Shown here: positions 42,256 through 53,472 of the stretch, piece by piece
How the letters are laid out: the number at the start of each line of letters is the position of its first letter
Numbering within the stretch: position 1 is the first letter of the stretch
Translations under genes and position numbers: made by a program
NCBI GenBank assembly: GCA_030390025.1
Contig: CM059433.1
Span: forward strand, 22,880,001 to 22,944,000
Reading direction: 5' to 3'
Length of the DNA: 64,000 bases
Source of the DNA: Squalus acanthias
Taxonomy: Eukaryota
The notes under the pieces: generated by a model
Told to the model about the DNA's origin: nothing
Seen by the model: only the letters and a program-made list of their open reading frames with translations
Database searches by the model: none

Positions 42256-43416
42256 ATGGGGGCTGCAATGATTGGGGGCGTCGTCCTGCTCCAGCTCAAT
42301 CGGAGCAGAGTGAGACGCAGACAGAGAGTGGCAATGATGGCCAGACGGAGGAGGCCCATCAGGCGCATGTACAGGAGAGCTTACCCTCCCAGGGTATATC
42401 GTGAACAGCTCTCCTACATCCACATGTCCGAGGAGCTGTGTTTGCGAAGGCTGCGATTCAGCAAGGAGGTGGTCACTGAGCTCTGCCACCTGCTGCAGCC
42501 AGATCTGCAGCCTCAGCTGAGGTCCAGGACGTCTCTGTCGGTGGCAGTGAAGGTCACAGTGGCCTTGAACTTCTACGCCACTGGCTCATTCCAAGCTGCT
42601 GTTGGGGACCTCGCCAATATCTCCCAGTTTGCGGTGCATCGCTGCATTCGGCAGGTCACCAATGCCCTCTTCACAAGGAGACGAGACTTCATCTCCTTCC
42701 CTATGACCCCAGACAAGCAGCATGACCGTGCTATGGGCTTTGCGAGGGTAGCGGGCTTCCCCATGGTGCAGGGCGCCATTGACTGCACGCATGTGGCTTT
42801 GCGTGCTCCGCGAGAGAATGCAGAGGAGTTCCGGAACAGAAAGGGGTTCCATTCCTTGAATGTGCAGTTGGTCTGTGACCACAGACAGGTGATTCTCGCT
42901 GTCAATGCCCACTATCCGGGCAGCTGCCACGATGCTTTCATCCTGCGCCAGAGTACTGTGGCAGAAATTTTCGAGGCACCGCATCAGCCAGTTGGTTGGC
43001 TTCTGGGGGACAAGGGGTACGCATTGAGCACCTGGCTGATGACACCGCTCCGTGCGCCAAACACCCCTGCTGAGCTGCGGTACCAGGAAAGCCAACAAGC
43101 AACGAGGAACATTATTGAGCGCACAATCGGCGTGCTCAAACAACGATTCCGCTGTCTGGACCATTCCGGAGGAGCCCTGCAGTACTCGCCTGAGCAAGTT
43201 TCCAAATTCGTAGTGGTGTGCTGCATGTTGCACAACATGGCAATCCTCAGGACGCAGCCAATGCCACCAGGCCTTGCAGCACCACAAGAGGAGGAGGAGG
43301 AAGAGGAGGAACAGGCCGAGGACGATGATCAGCAGCAGCACCAAGGCAGGAGGGCGGCCCACAATGGTCAAACTGCAAGGGCCGTCCGTCAACGACTAAT
43401 AGCAAGCCGCTTCTAG
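42256..43416 (+). CDS. Harbinger (HARBI1-family) DDE transposase, 386 aa, uninterrupted
   Basis: HTH region (VKVTVALNFYATGSFQ..GDLANISQFAVHRCI) and catalytic motifs GAIDCTH, NRKGFHSLNVQLVCD, PGSCHDAFIL, LLGDKGY, RNIIERTIGVLKQRFRCL. Confidence 0.96.
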   Translation: MGAAMIGGVVLLQLNRSRVRRRQRVAMMARRRRPIRRMYRRAYPPRVYREQLSYIHMSEELCLRRLRFSKEVVTELCHLLQPDLQPQLRSRTSLSVAVKVTVALNFYATGSFQAAVGDLANISQFAVHRCIRQVTNALFTRRRDFISFPMTPDKQHDRAMGFARVAGFPMVQGAIDCTHVALRAPRENAEEFRNRKGFHSLNVQLVCDHRQVILAVNAHYPGSCHDAFILRQSTVAEIFEAPHQPVGWLLGDKGYALSTWLMTPLRAPNTPAELRYQESQQATRNIIERTIGVLKQRFRCLDHSGGALQYSPEQVSKFVVVCCMLHNMAILRTQPMPPGLAAPQEEEEEEEEQAEDDDQQQHQGRRAAHNGQTARAVRQRLIASRF

Positions 43417-43710
43417 GACCCCTGCCAGTGCTACAAACACGAATCAACCCAGCACGCAACCCCTAAGCCGGCCAAGGCACCAATAATTCCAACCACCAGC
43501 CATGTATATTTTGAATACAGAAACTTATTTATTGTACAAACTCTGTGTGTGTCAATTCCTCATGAGAAACTCATAGAAATAAACACCAAAAAACAGTCAA
43601 TAACATAACTGGTTCTCACAACCTGGAGATAATGTCCAAAACACTAAACAAAAGTTGGGCCATGAACCTCGGCCTTTAATAAAAAAATGACCAGCATTTT
43701 GGCACACATC

Positions 43711-45728
43711 CTACTTTTTGCCCTTCGAGGGTGATCTCCTTCCCTTGCGCACTTCCCCCCTTCTAACCCTACTGCTCCTCCGTAATGGGACCTCAGTGGC
43801 TGCAGCAAGGCTGGTGGAAGGCTGCTGCTTGTCAGACCCTGACACTGCAGATGCCCCTGAAGGCCGGCCTCGACCACTTCTGGGCCTGGAGGGCCCGGCT
43901 GCAGACTGCACCAACTCTGCATGGGCGGCAGCAGTCTGTCCTACAGGCGGTGGCAAGTGCAGTGGAGAAGTGACAGTGTTGGCAGCAGGAATGCTGTCAT
44001 CGTGAGGGAGGGCAGCAACTCCCTGCTCGCCCGACACACTGGCACTCCCACGGGGCAGCACTTCAGCATCCGGAGCAATTTGCCTGAGAACAGATTGCTG
44101 GCCTGCTGCGGCGCGGTGACAGCCCCGGGGACATGTGCACGAACCATCGAGGATGGCAGCAGTCAGTGCTCGCGTGGCCTCAATCTGAGTCTGCATGAGA
44201 GCAGGCTCAGATGGGTTCCTGGCAGCCAGTGACTGAATTGCAGCAGTAAGCTTTAGTGTGGCATCCGCCTGTGCTACAGCGAAGTGCTCCACACTCCTTG
44301 CCAGTGCCTCAATGCATTCGGGCACCCTTCCCACTGCACCCATGAGCTCAGTGTGCATGACCACCGCCTGGCTGTTCATTTCTGCAATCATCCGCTCCTC
44401 CTCTGCGTCCATTGCATTAGGAGTGTCTGGCATACTCTCCCTCTGGGGAGAAGGCTCCCGTTCTTCCCTCCCCCCCCCATGGCGTTGCTGCAGCCCGCTG
44501 GGTCCTGGAACTTCACCATCATCAGCCCCTTCCCCCCTGCTCCCCCGTTCTTCCCTCCCCCCCCCATGGCGTTGCTGCAGCCCGCTGGGTCCTGGAACTT
44601 CACCATCATCAGCCCCTTCCCCCCTGCTCCCCTCCGGGGAAGGCGTGTTCCCAGTGTGGCCATGGGCTTCCTCGGGAGAGGGTGGCACTGATGCTCCGGC
44701 TTCCTCTTCCTCCTCAGCTGCAGCATCACTCCCAGTGGCAGCTTCAGGGACCATCTCCTCAGCTGGTGAATCACCATCTGAAAGCAGGGAGGTACAAGAG
44801 TGGCTTTAGCGTGAGGACAGGGTGGCAGTAAGGGAGGAATAAGTGCAGCGAGTTAGCAAGTTGGATTGAAAGTGTCAAAGGCTGGTATTGTGAGGGACAA
44901 GTGGAAGGACAGAGGACAAAAAGGTGATGACCTTACCATTGCTGTCCACAACGGGGTCGGCGTCTCCAGTGGCGACGGGACCGATCACCCGGCTTGCCAC
45001 AATCCTGTGGACGCGCTCCTCCAGATCGCTGAGGGGTTGCAGCTGAAGCCGCCCTCCACCCGTCCGTTGCTGCTGTCTCCGATTATGAGCCAGCTTAGCC
45101 TGCAAGAAAAAGGACAGCATCTGAGTCAATATACAGCCATGGTCTTGCCTGATGTGCCTCCCATAGGTGAATAGCCCTTACAATATGCAGCCATGGTCTT
45201 GCCTGATGTGCCTCCCATAGGTGAATAGCCCTTACAATATGCAGCCATGGTCTTGCCTGATGTGCCTCCCATAGGTGAATAGCCCTTACAATATGCAGCC
45301 ATGGTCTTGCCTGATGTGCCTCCCATAGGTGAATAGCCCTTACTGTATGCAAAGTGTGGAATGTGTGTGTGTGTTTGATGAAAGGGCCATAGGTGTTGGA
45401 TGAGTGTTGTGCATTGGGGTTTTAAGACCCTCTGGCCATAGAGTGAGGTTGAGATGGAGGGATGGAGAGGTATTGAGAAAAAGCCACTCACCCTGACGAC
45501 CCGAGTGAGGTCGTTGAACTTCTTGCGGCACTGGACATGGGTCCTGGGCACCATGCTCCTGGAGGAGACGCTCTGAGCCACCTCCCTCCACACTCTTCTG
45601 AACTCGCGTGGCAAAGGCCTCCTGCCACTCTCTGGGAACAGCATGCATCGTCTGCGCTCCACTGCGTCAACCAGAGCATCCAAGGCCCGCTCGGTGAAGC
45701 GATGAGCGCGTTCTCTCACCCTCTCCAT
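43711..45728 (-). CDS. Harbinger Myb/SANT-like (NAIF1-type) DNA-binding protein, 3 exons (45728-45492, 45099-44937, 44777-43711), 488 aa
   Basis: Exon 1 MERVRERAHRFTERALDALVDAVERRRCMLF...WREVAQSVS...RTHVQCRKKFNDL; GT-AG introns (AGG|gtgagt..ttgcag|GCT; ATG|gtaagg..tttcag|AT); 237+163+1067=1467 nt in frame with no stop. Confidence 0.92.
45127..45342. repeat. 54-bp tandem repeat x4 in intron 1 of the Myb gene
   Basis: Unit caatatgcagccatggtcttgcctgatgtgcctcccataggtgaatagccctta, near-identical copies. Confidence 0.95.
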
Positions 45729-46446
45729 TCTTGGCAGCAAAATGGATTACAGGTCTCTCCAGGCTGAGATTCAAGGCTGCAATGAGCAGGGTGTGGCTGG
45801 GGAGCAAGTGGCCCCCCCCGCTTTAAGAAGTGTCCGGCGTCAGTGTGTCTGTGTTCCCGCGCTAACTGGCAGCAGCTGCGCTGCGCTCGTGCGCTGAGTT
45901 AGCGCCTCACTCCTAGGCCTTTGCGCCTTAAGAGAGGTGTGCAGCGCCTAATTTAGCGCTCCACTCACCTCCCGGGGCGGTAAAAGTGAAGTTTCCTGTC
46001 AGTGCCGATAATTAGCGCCAGGCGCTAATATTTGCGCGCGGACGATATTTGCGCCCCAAATGGGGCGCGACCTAATTTCTACCCCAATGTGTTCCCCTTT
46101 CTACGATGTGCCGTGTGTTCTCCATTTCCATAGACCAAGCTTTATGAATGTATGTATACTTGTATTCTCTTTGATTTGCGCCTATGCTATGTATTTCATG
46201 ATTTTAGACGCCATGCAATAAAGATTTCCATTTCGTACTATTCGACCGGGTCTATTTGAGTTTTTCTCTGCATTACTGCCCCCTGCACCTAAGTCCAGTG
46301 TTAGAACCGTAAGGGCGAGTGGGTCGAACCACTCACAGGTGCTTATTGCAAAAAGGCTGGCCGGAGACCAGAGCAAGCAATAGTATTAGGCAACGAAGGC
46401 CTAACCTCGCACCAGCACCGTCTGAGACACGTCCCCCTTACAGTGA

Positions 46447-46720
46447 GGATGAGTAATAGTGATGAGAGTGGACAGCCCTGTGGAGATTCATATGACTCGG
46501 TTGATTATTAGCCCAGACCTCAGTATTACTAAGCCAGTAACATAACCACTACACTACCATAGCCCATTCCGAATCTTAATATTTTTGAGCTGGTTGTCCA
46601 GTAATTGTGTCTAAGGTTATCCCTTAAGCTTGGCGAGTTGTAGGCATCTTCGTATATTCGTGGCCATTTTCCTGCCCAAAGGAATCCCGCTATACACCTG
46701 TCAAGATTACACAACTATGG
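46447..46720 (-). mobile_element. Degenerate L1-clade LINE fragments
   Basis: Minus strand gives QGCPLS (~46463-46482) and LDRCIAGFLWAGKWPRI, both L1/Tx1-type ORF2 motifs. Confidence 0.5.
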
Positions 46721-46778
46721 GGCTGGGAATCCAATAGGTAACATCAGGAGCAGGTAGATGAGCATGGGCAGCACATTC

Positions 46779-47005
46779 GACAACAACAACTTACATTTAT
46801 ATAGCACGTTTAATGGATGGAGCGGCTATGTGGCTCATCTCAGGGTCAGACACAACACCAAGGTTGCGAACTGTCTGGCTCAACTTCAGAGCCAGGGATG
46901 GAAACAGTGGCCAGGGAACGGAGTTTGTGGCAGGAACCGAAGACAATGGCTTCAGCCTTCCCAATATTTAATTGGAGGAAATTTCTGTTCATCCAGAGCA
47001 GAGTG
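46779..47005 (-). mobile_element. Internally deleted L2 fragment
   Basis: (caa)n tail joined to sequence matching 48570-48760. Confidence 0.75.
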
Positions 47006-47829
47006 ACAAATCATCTTTATTGTACTAAAGAAGTTAGAAAGGCTAAATTGCTATCTCTTGTATTATTACATAAAAATTAAGGCCAGTTTAAATATCTCAC
47101 TTCAAGGAAATAAGATCCAAAATGTATTTAAAATTGTTTGATTTTAGGAGTTAATTTGAAAGTCTGTCAAAATCCATCCAACTGAAGACAAGACTACATT
47201 ATATTATAATGATGACCTTTTGAGAATGTGTCTTTGCTTGAGGCAGTTTAACATTTAAACTAAACATACTTTTAGTCATTTGGAATAATTCATTTAGCAT
47301 CATGTTCTTAAAATTTCAATAAGTTAGAATATTAGCTGTTCAATCTTGATGCCTTTCAATTATTAAAGAGAACAAATATACCACCACAGTAAAAGTAAAA
47401 GCAAATGTTAGAAACTGAAATAAGAATTGCATAGATTACATAGAATGTACAGCACAGAAACAGACCATTCGGCCAGATATTTAAGGCATGCATATAAAAG
47501 ACATGATGGGGCAGCTTATGCATCTGATTTCCATACCCCTCCTTTTGTTTTCACTGCCACCGCTGCCTACAAATAGTTGATCATTGAAATTCCACCACAG
47601 ACCGCTGACATCACTCAATCTCTTACATTGACACGAATGTCTATATTACCTCTACCTCCTGTTCAAGGTGTCAGTTTTTCTGTCGAGCAGAATGCTTTAC
47701 CCAGTAATATAAGTAAAATATGACTAGTCACAAAGTCACTGTATATTTGATGAATTGACGTAGAGCAGACCTGTTTGGAGAGCCACATAAAAAGTATGCT
47801 GCTGAATCTATCAGCGACAGTGAATCTAT

Positions 47830-50800
47830 CATTAGGGGCAGAGTGAATGAGAATTTAAACAAGTATGAGCTGATCAAAGAGAGTCAACAACAACAACAAC
47901 TTGTATTTATATAGCGCCTTAAACATAGTAAAACGTCCCAAGGTGCTTCACAGGAGTATTAAAGACAAAAACTTTGACTCCGAGCCACATAAGGAGAAAT
48001 TAGGGCAGGTGACCAAAAGCTTGGTCAAAGAGGTAGGTTTTAAGGAGCGTCTTAAAGGAGGAAAGAGAGGTAGAGAGGCGGACAGGTTTAAGCAGGGAAT
48101 TCCAGAGCATAGGGCCTAGGCAACAGAAGGCACGGCCACCAATGGTTGAGCGATTATAATCAGGGATGCTCAAGAGGGCAGAATTGAGGAGCGCAGATAT
48201 CTCGGGGGGTTGTGGGGCTGAAGGAGATTACAGAGATAGGGAGGGGCGAGGCCATGGAGGGATTTGAAAACAAGGATGAGAATTTTGAAATCGAGGTGTT
48301 GCTTAACCGGGAGCCAATGTAGGTCAGCGAGCACAGGGGTGATGGGTGAACGGGACTTGGTGCGAGTTAGGACACGGGCAGCCAAGTTTTGGATCACCTC
48401 AAGTTTACATAGGATAGAATGTGGGAGGCCAGGAGTGCATTGGAACAGTCAAGTCTAGAGGTAACAAAGGCATGGATGAGGGTTTCAGCAGCGGATGAGC
48501 TGAGGCAAGGGCGGAGACAGGCGATGTTACGGAGGTGGAAATAGGCCGTCTTTGTTATCCTGCGGATATGTGGTCAGAAGCTCATTTTGGGGTCAAATAT
48601 GACACCAAGGTTGCGAACAGTGTGGTTCAGCCTCAGACAGATGTTAGGGAGCGGGATGGAGTCAGTGGCTGGGGAACAGAGTTTATGGCAGGGACCGAAA
48701 ACAATGGCTTCGGTCTTCCCAATATTTAATTGGAGAAAATTTCTGCTTATCCAGAACAGGATGTCGGATAAGCAGTCTGACAATTTAGACACCGTGGAGG
48801 GGTCGAGAGAAGTGGTCGTGAGGTAGAGCTGGGTGTCATCAGCGTACATGTGGAAACTGACTCTGTGTTTTCGGATGATGTCGCCAAGGGGCAACATGTA
48901 GATGAGAAATAGGAGGGGGCCAAGGATAGATCCTTGGGGGACACCAGAGGTAAAGGTGCAGGAGCGGGAAGAGAAGCCGTTGCAGGTGATTCTCTGGTTA
49001 CGCTTAGATAGATAAGAATGGAACCAGGCGAGTGCAGTCCCACCCAGCTGGACGGCGGTGGAGAGACGTTGGAGAAGAATGGAGTGCTCAACTGTGCCAA
49101 AGGCTGCAGACAAGTCAAGAAGGACGAGGAGGGATTGTTTACCTTTGTCACAGTCACAAAGGATGCCATTTGTGACTTTAATGAGAGCCATTTCGGTACT
49201 GTGGCAAGGGCAGAAATCTGTTTGGAGGGATTCAAACATGGAGTTGTGGGAAAGATTGGCACGGATTTGGGAGGCGACAACACGTTCAAGGACTTTGGAG
49301 AGGAAAGGGAGGTTGGAGATGGGGCGGTAGTTTGCAAGGACGGAGGGGTCAAGGGTTGGTTTTTTGAGGAGAGGGGTGATGACGGCAGATTTGAGGGAGA
49401 GGGAGACAGTACCTGAGGAGAGAGAACCGTTAACAATGTCAGCTAACATGGGAGCCAGAAAAGGAAGTTGGGTGGTCAGCAGTTTGGTGGGAATAGGGTT
49501 GAGGGAACAGGAAGTGGGTCTCATGGACAAGATGAGAGCGGAGAGGTCATGAGGGGAGATCGGAGAGAAACTGGAGAAAGATGCGAGTTCAGGGCTAGGG
49601 TAAGGGGGAACCTTAGAGGATGTTTGGCCCAGTGGGCTAGAGGAAGGAAGGGAAGTGGCAGAGGCAGCTGAACGGATGGTCTCAATCTTAGAGACAAAGA
49701 AGTCTATGAGCTCCTCACACTTGTTATCGGAGGTGAGGGTGGAGGAGACAGGGGAGAGGGGTTTAAGAAGACGGTTAGCAGTAGAGAATAGGAGCCGGGG
49801 TTTATCTTTGCATTCCAGACTGATTCTGGAACAGTGAGCAATTTTGGCAGACGACAGCAGGGCCCGATAGTGCTTTATGTGCTCCAGCCAGATCTGGCGG
49901 TGAATGGCTAAACCAATCATCCACCTTATCCGTTCAAGTCTGCGTCCCTTGGACTTAAGGGAGTGAAGATGAGAGCCGTACCGGGGGAACGGCCAGGGTG
50001 AGAGAGGGTAATTGTTTTAATAGGGACTAGGGCATCAAAGGTGGTGGCGAGGGTGTGGTTGAGCAGATTGGTAGCTGCAGAAATGTCATGGTGAATGGAG
50101 GGCCAAAGGCTGGACAGTTGGGATTTCGTAAGTGCAGTTGTAAGAGAGTTGGGAGAGAGTTTTTTCCAGGGGCGGACACAGAAGGAAGTAGGGTTGGGGG
50201 AAGGGGGGTTGGAAGGGGGATGTGGGTGGAGAGGTATATGAGGAAGTGGTCAGAGATGGCCTTATCTGCGATTGACACGATGGGAGTAGCGAGGCCACGA
50301 GAGGTGGGTTGGGGAATTTACATGGAGGGAGAGATTAAGGGAGGATAGGAAGCTAGTGAACTCTGAGGAGAGAGAGCATGATGAATTGAGATGGAGGTTG
50401 AACTCACCGAGGATGAGAAGTCGTTCGGTGCAGAGGCTGAGGGAGGAGAGCAGTGAAGATATCTTGGTAATAACATTTTTATGGTACTTGGGTGGGTGGT
50501 AGAGAACAATAATTTTAAATGAGAGGTGAGCGGGGTGGAATAAGGTGAGATGCTCAAAGGAGGAGAAAGTGCCGGAGGAATAGGGGGACAGACCAAGGTG
50601 TGATTTGGTGATGAGAGCCACACCGCCACCATGTCAGTCTGAGCGGGGCAAGTGGTGGAAGGTATAGCCAGGCGGGGAAACTTCTTTTAAGGGTAAGGTG
50701 TCATCACCTCTCAACCAAGTTTCTGTCAGGGCCATGATGTCGATGCAATTATTCACGATAAGCTCATGGATGGCAAGGGCCTTGTTCGCAAGTGAACGGA

Positions 50801-51660
50801 CATTCTGGAGGGAGATGCGGAGAGGGTCGGTGATGGCTGCCCCACTGCCAGCATCCACAGGGTCAGCGCTGGGGGGAATGAGTTGGAGGAGATTGGCATG
50901 ATTTGCCCCCAGAGGGCACGCTGGGTGGGAAGGTCAGCGAGAGAGTAGGATGGGACAGTTGGAGTTGCTGCTCGTAAGATGGCAGCGACGAGTGCCTCGA
51001 TGGGCCCTTCGGAGGATGCCAAGAGAGGCACAGAGGGAAGCTGTAGGTTTATCTAAGAGGGATTCAAGCCTGGGACGGTGGCAGGAGAGTAGGAAGGTCG
51101 AAGAGTAATGAAGGATTGGGGTAGGGATTTGGGGGGGCAGATTATCCGAGAGAGGCGAGATGAAAGGAGGCATGACAACAGGAGAGAGCGGTCAGGGAGG
51201 GATAGCGAGAAAAGGAAAAGAGTCAGTATAGATTTGTGAAGGGTAATTCATGCCTGACTAATCTAGTTGAATTTTTTGAGGAGGTTACTAGCATGGTGGA
51301 TGGGGGAGTGTCTATGTTCGTTGTTTATATGGACTTCCAGACGGCATTTGATAAGGTTCCGCACAAGAGATTATTAGCAAAAATGAGAGCGCATAGAATT
51401 TGAGATAAAGTTGGGACATGGGTTAATAGTTGTTTGGGAGGTAGGAGACAGAGAGTGGGAATAGAGGGAATGTTCTCTGATTGCTGGAATGTGATGAGCT
51501 GTGGTCCCCAAGGATCTGTACTGGAGCCTTAGCTTTTCACGATATATATCAATGATTTGGATGAAGGAATAGAGAGTTTTATATCCAAGTTATCAGGTGA
51601 CACTAAGTTAAGAGGAACAGTAAGTTGTGTAGATGAGAACAGGAGGTTACAAAGGGATGA
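47830..51660 (+). mobile_element. Degenerate CR1 RT fragment split by the L2 (pieces ~47830-47886 and 51219-51660)
   Basis: ...ctgatcaaagagagtca|gtatagatttgtgaagggtaattcatgcctgactaatc; YMDFQTAFDKVPHKRL; GPQGSVL. Confidence 0.85.
47887..51218 (-). mobile_element. L2-clade LINE, ~3.3 kb (endonuclease and RT, frameshifted), inserted into a CR1
   Basis: ISLQNVRSLANK, ALTETWL, LILGEFNLH, SDHFLI, NYRPISNLPFLSKVLE, LDLSAAF, GVPQGSILGP, MYADDTQLY; (caa)n tail; TSD AGAGTCA (47880-47886, 51219-51225). Confidence 0.95.
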
Positions 51661-51699
51661 AGGATTTTGGACTTTTCAATACTAGTTGTAAGGATTAAT

Positions 51700-52832
51700 T
51701 ACAACAACAACTTTATTTATATAGCACCTTTAACGTAGCAAAACGTCCCAAGGCGCTTCACAGGAGCGATTATCAGACAAAAATTTGACACCGAGCCACA
51801 TAAGGAGATATTAGGGCAGATGACAAAAAGCTTGATCAAAGAGGTAGGTTTTAAGGAGTGTCTTAAAGGAAGAACGAGAGAGGCAGAGAGGTTTAGGGAG
51901 GAAATTTCAGAGCTTAGGACCTAGGCAGCTGAAGGCATGGCCGCCAATGGTGAATGTTTAAGAGGCCAGAATTGGCAGTGCGTAGAGATCTCAGGAGATT
52001 AAAAAAATCTCGGGGGAGCGCAGAGATCTCGGGCTGGTGGAGATTACAGCGATAGGGAGAGGAGAGGCGAGGCCATGGAGGGATTTGAAAACAAGGATGT
52101 GAATTTTAAAATTGAGGCATTGCTTAACTGGGAGCCAATGGAGGTCAGTGAGCACAGGAGAGATGGGTGAGTGGGACATGGTGCAAGTTAGGAGACAGGT
52201 AGCAGAGTTTTGGAGGGTAGAACTCGAGAGATCGGCCAGGAGTGCGTTGGAATAGTCACGTCTAGTAACAAAGTCATGGATGAGGGTTTCAGCAGAAGAT
52301 AAGCTGAGGCAAGGGTGGAGACGGACGATGTTACGGAGGTGGAAATGAGCGGTCTTAGTGATGAAGCGAATATGAGGTAGAAAGCTCAGCTCGTGAACAA
52401 ATATGATGCCAAGATTGCGAACAGACTTGGTGAGCCTCAGAGAGTTACCAGCGAGAGGGATGGAATCGTTGGCAATGAAATGGAGTTTGTGGTGTGGACC
52501 GAAGACCATGGCTTCGGTCTTACTGATATTTAATTGGAGGAAATTTCTGCTCATCCAGTGCTGGATGTTGGACAAGCAGTCTGACAGTATAGAGACAGTG
52601 GAGGGTTTGAGAGAGGTGGAGGAGAGGTGGTGCTGGGTATCATCAGCGTACATGTGAAATCTCACGCTGTGTCGTCGGATGCTGTCACCGAGGGGCAGCA
52701 TGTAGATGACAAATAGGAGGGGGCCAAGGATAGATCCTTGGGAGGGACGCCAGAGGTGATGGTGTGGGAGTGGGAAGAGAAGCCATTGCAGGTGATTCTA
52801 TGGCTACAGCTGGATAGATAAGAATGGAACCA
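51700..52832 (-). mobile_element. L2 LINE 3' fragment
   Basis: ORF 51991-52701 ([17 protein letters not shown]) and the shared tail. Confidence 0.9.
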
Positions 52833-53472
52833 AGTAAAGGAACTGAGTTTGGTTAAAAGCATTAATTCAATAAAGGAACAGTTAAACTGACTGTTCAATG
52901 GCATGCTAGGAAGGTTGCCAAATTCAAAAAAGTGCTATACAGACTGTCTGGAAAGCTACGGATAAGGAGGCCTTGGGAGACAGGAAATCCGTTGTAAACA
53001 CCAGGTGCTGTTTGGTAGCGTCAGTCTGTATAACCATGGGAAAGAGACAATGGAAAATTACTGAAAAACTTGTTCTTGTCAGTAAGAATGTTATAAGAGC
53101 AGCCATTCTAAAGTGAAAAAGAGAACACAATCCATGGAGACAGACCAGAAGATCACAGCGCAGGATGGCGATGAATTATTAACCTCTCCATCTCCCGAAG
53201 CAGAGAATTAGCCAGTCTCAGTTTTGAATTGTACTACTGACTTAAAGGTTGTATGAATCGTTGGCTTAAAAATTTGCAGACTTACTGCTGGCAGTTAAGG
53301 ACCATTTCGGAAAACAAATGGCGGCCACCTCACTTCTGCCTGCCTCCGGCGCGGGAATCAGCGGCCGCCATTTCGGTAAGGGCCGTAGCGCTGCTGTTGG
53401 TAGCGCTCGCCCTAGAAATGTAAATCAGCAGAGCGTGACGTCAGTTGGTGTGCAACGCCGACTTGACACCAT

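Larger units (their letters stand above)
41744..46085 (+). mobile_element. Full-length, apparently intact autonomous PIF/Harbinger DNA transposon (4,342 bp)
   Basis: TIRs GGGGTAAAAATT / AATTTCTACCCC (11/12), TSD AAT (41741-41743, 46086-46088), two convergent open genes, CpG-rich ends. Confidence 0.96.
40447..46442 (+). mobile_element. Solo LTR (1,651 bp once the Harbinger insert and one TSD copy are removed)
   Basis: TGTA...TACA termini, TSD GTGA (40443-40446, 46443-46446); homologous to 10488-12139; TATA-like actataac ~41061; AATAAA ~46217. Confidence 0.9.

Noticed and set aside
42256..43416. Calling this the domesticated host gene HARBI1 (and the partner NAIF1)
   Set aside because: It lies between TIRs with a TSD inside an LTR and has decayed relatives nearby, so it is a transposon gene.
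45127..45342. CRISPR-like array
   Set aside because: Head-to-tail 54-bp units without unique spacers, eukaryotic context, no cas genes.
52924..53130. Minus-strand exon after a good acceptor near 53026
   Set aside because: No convincing donor before stops in any frame.
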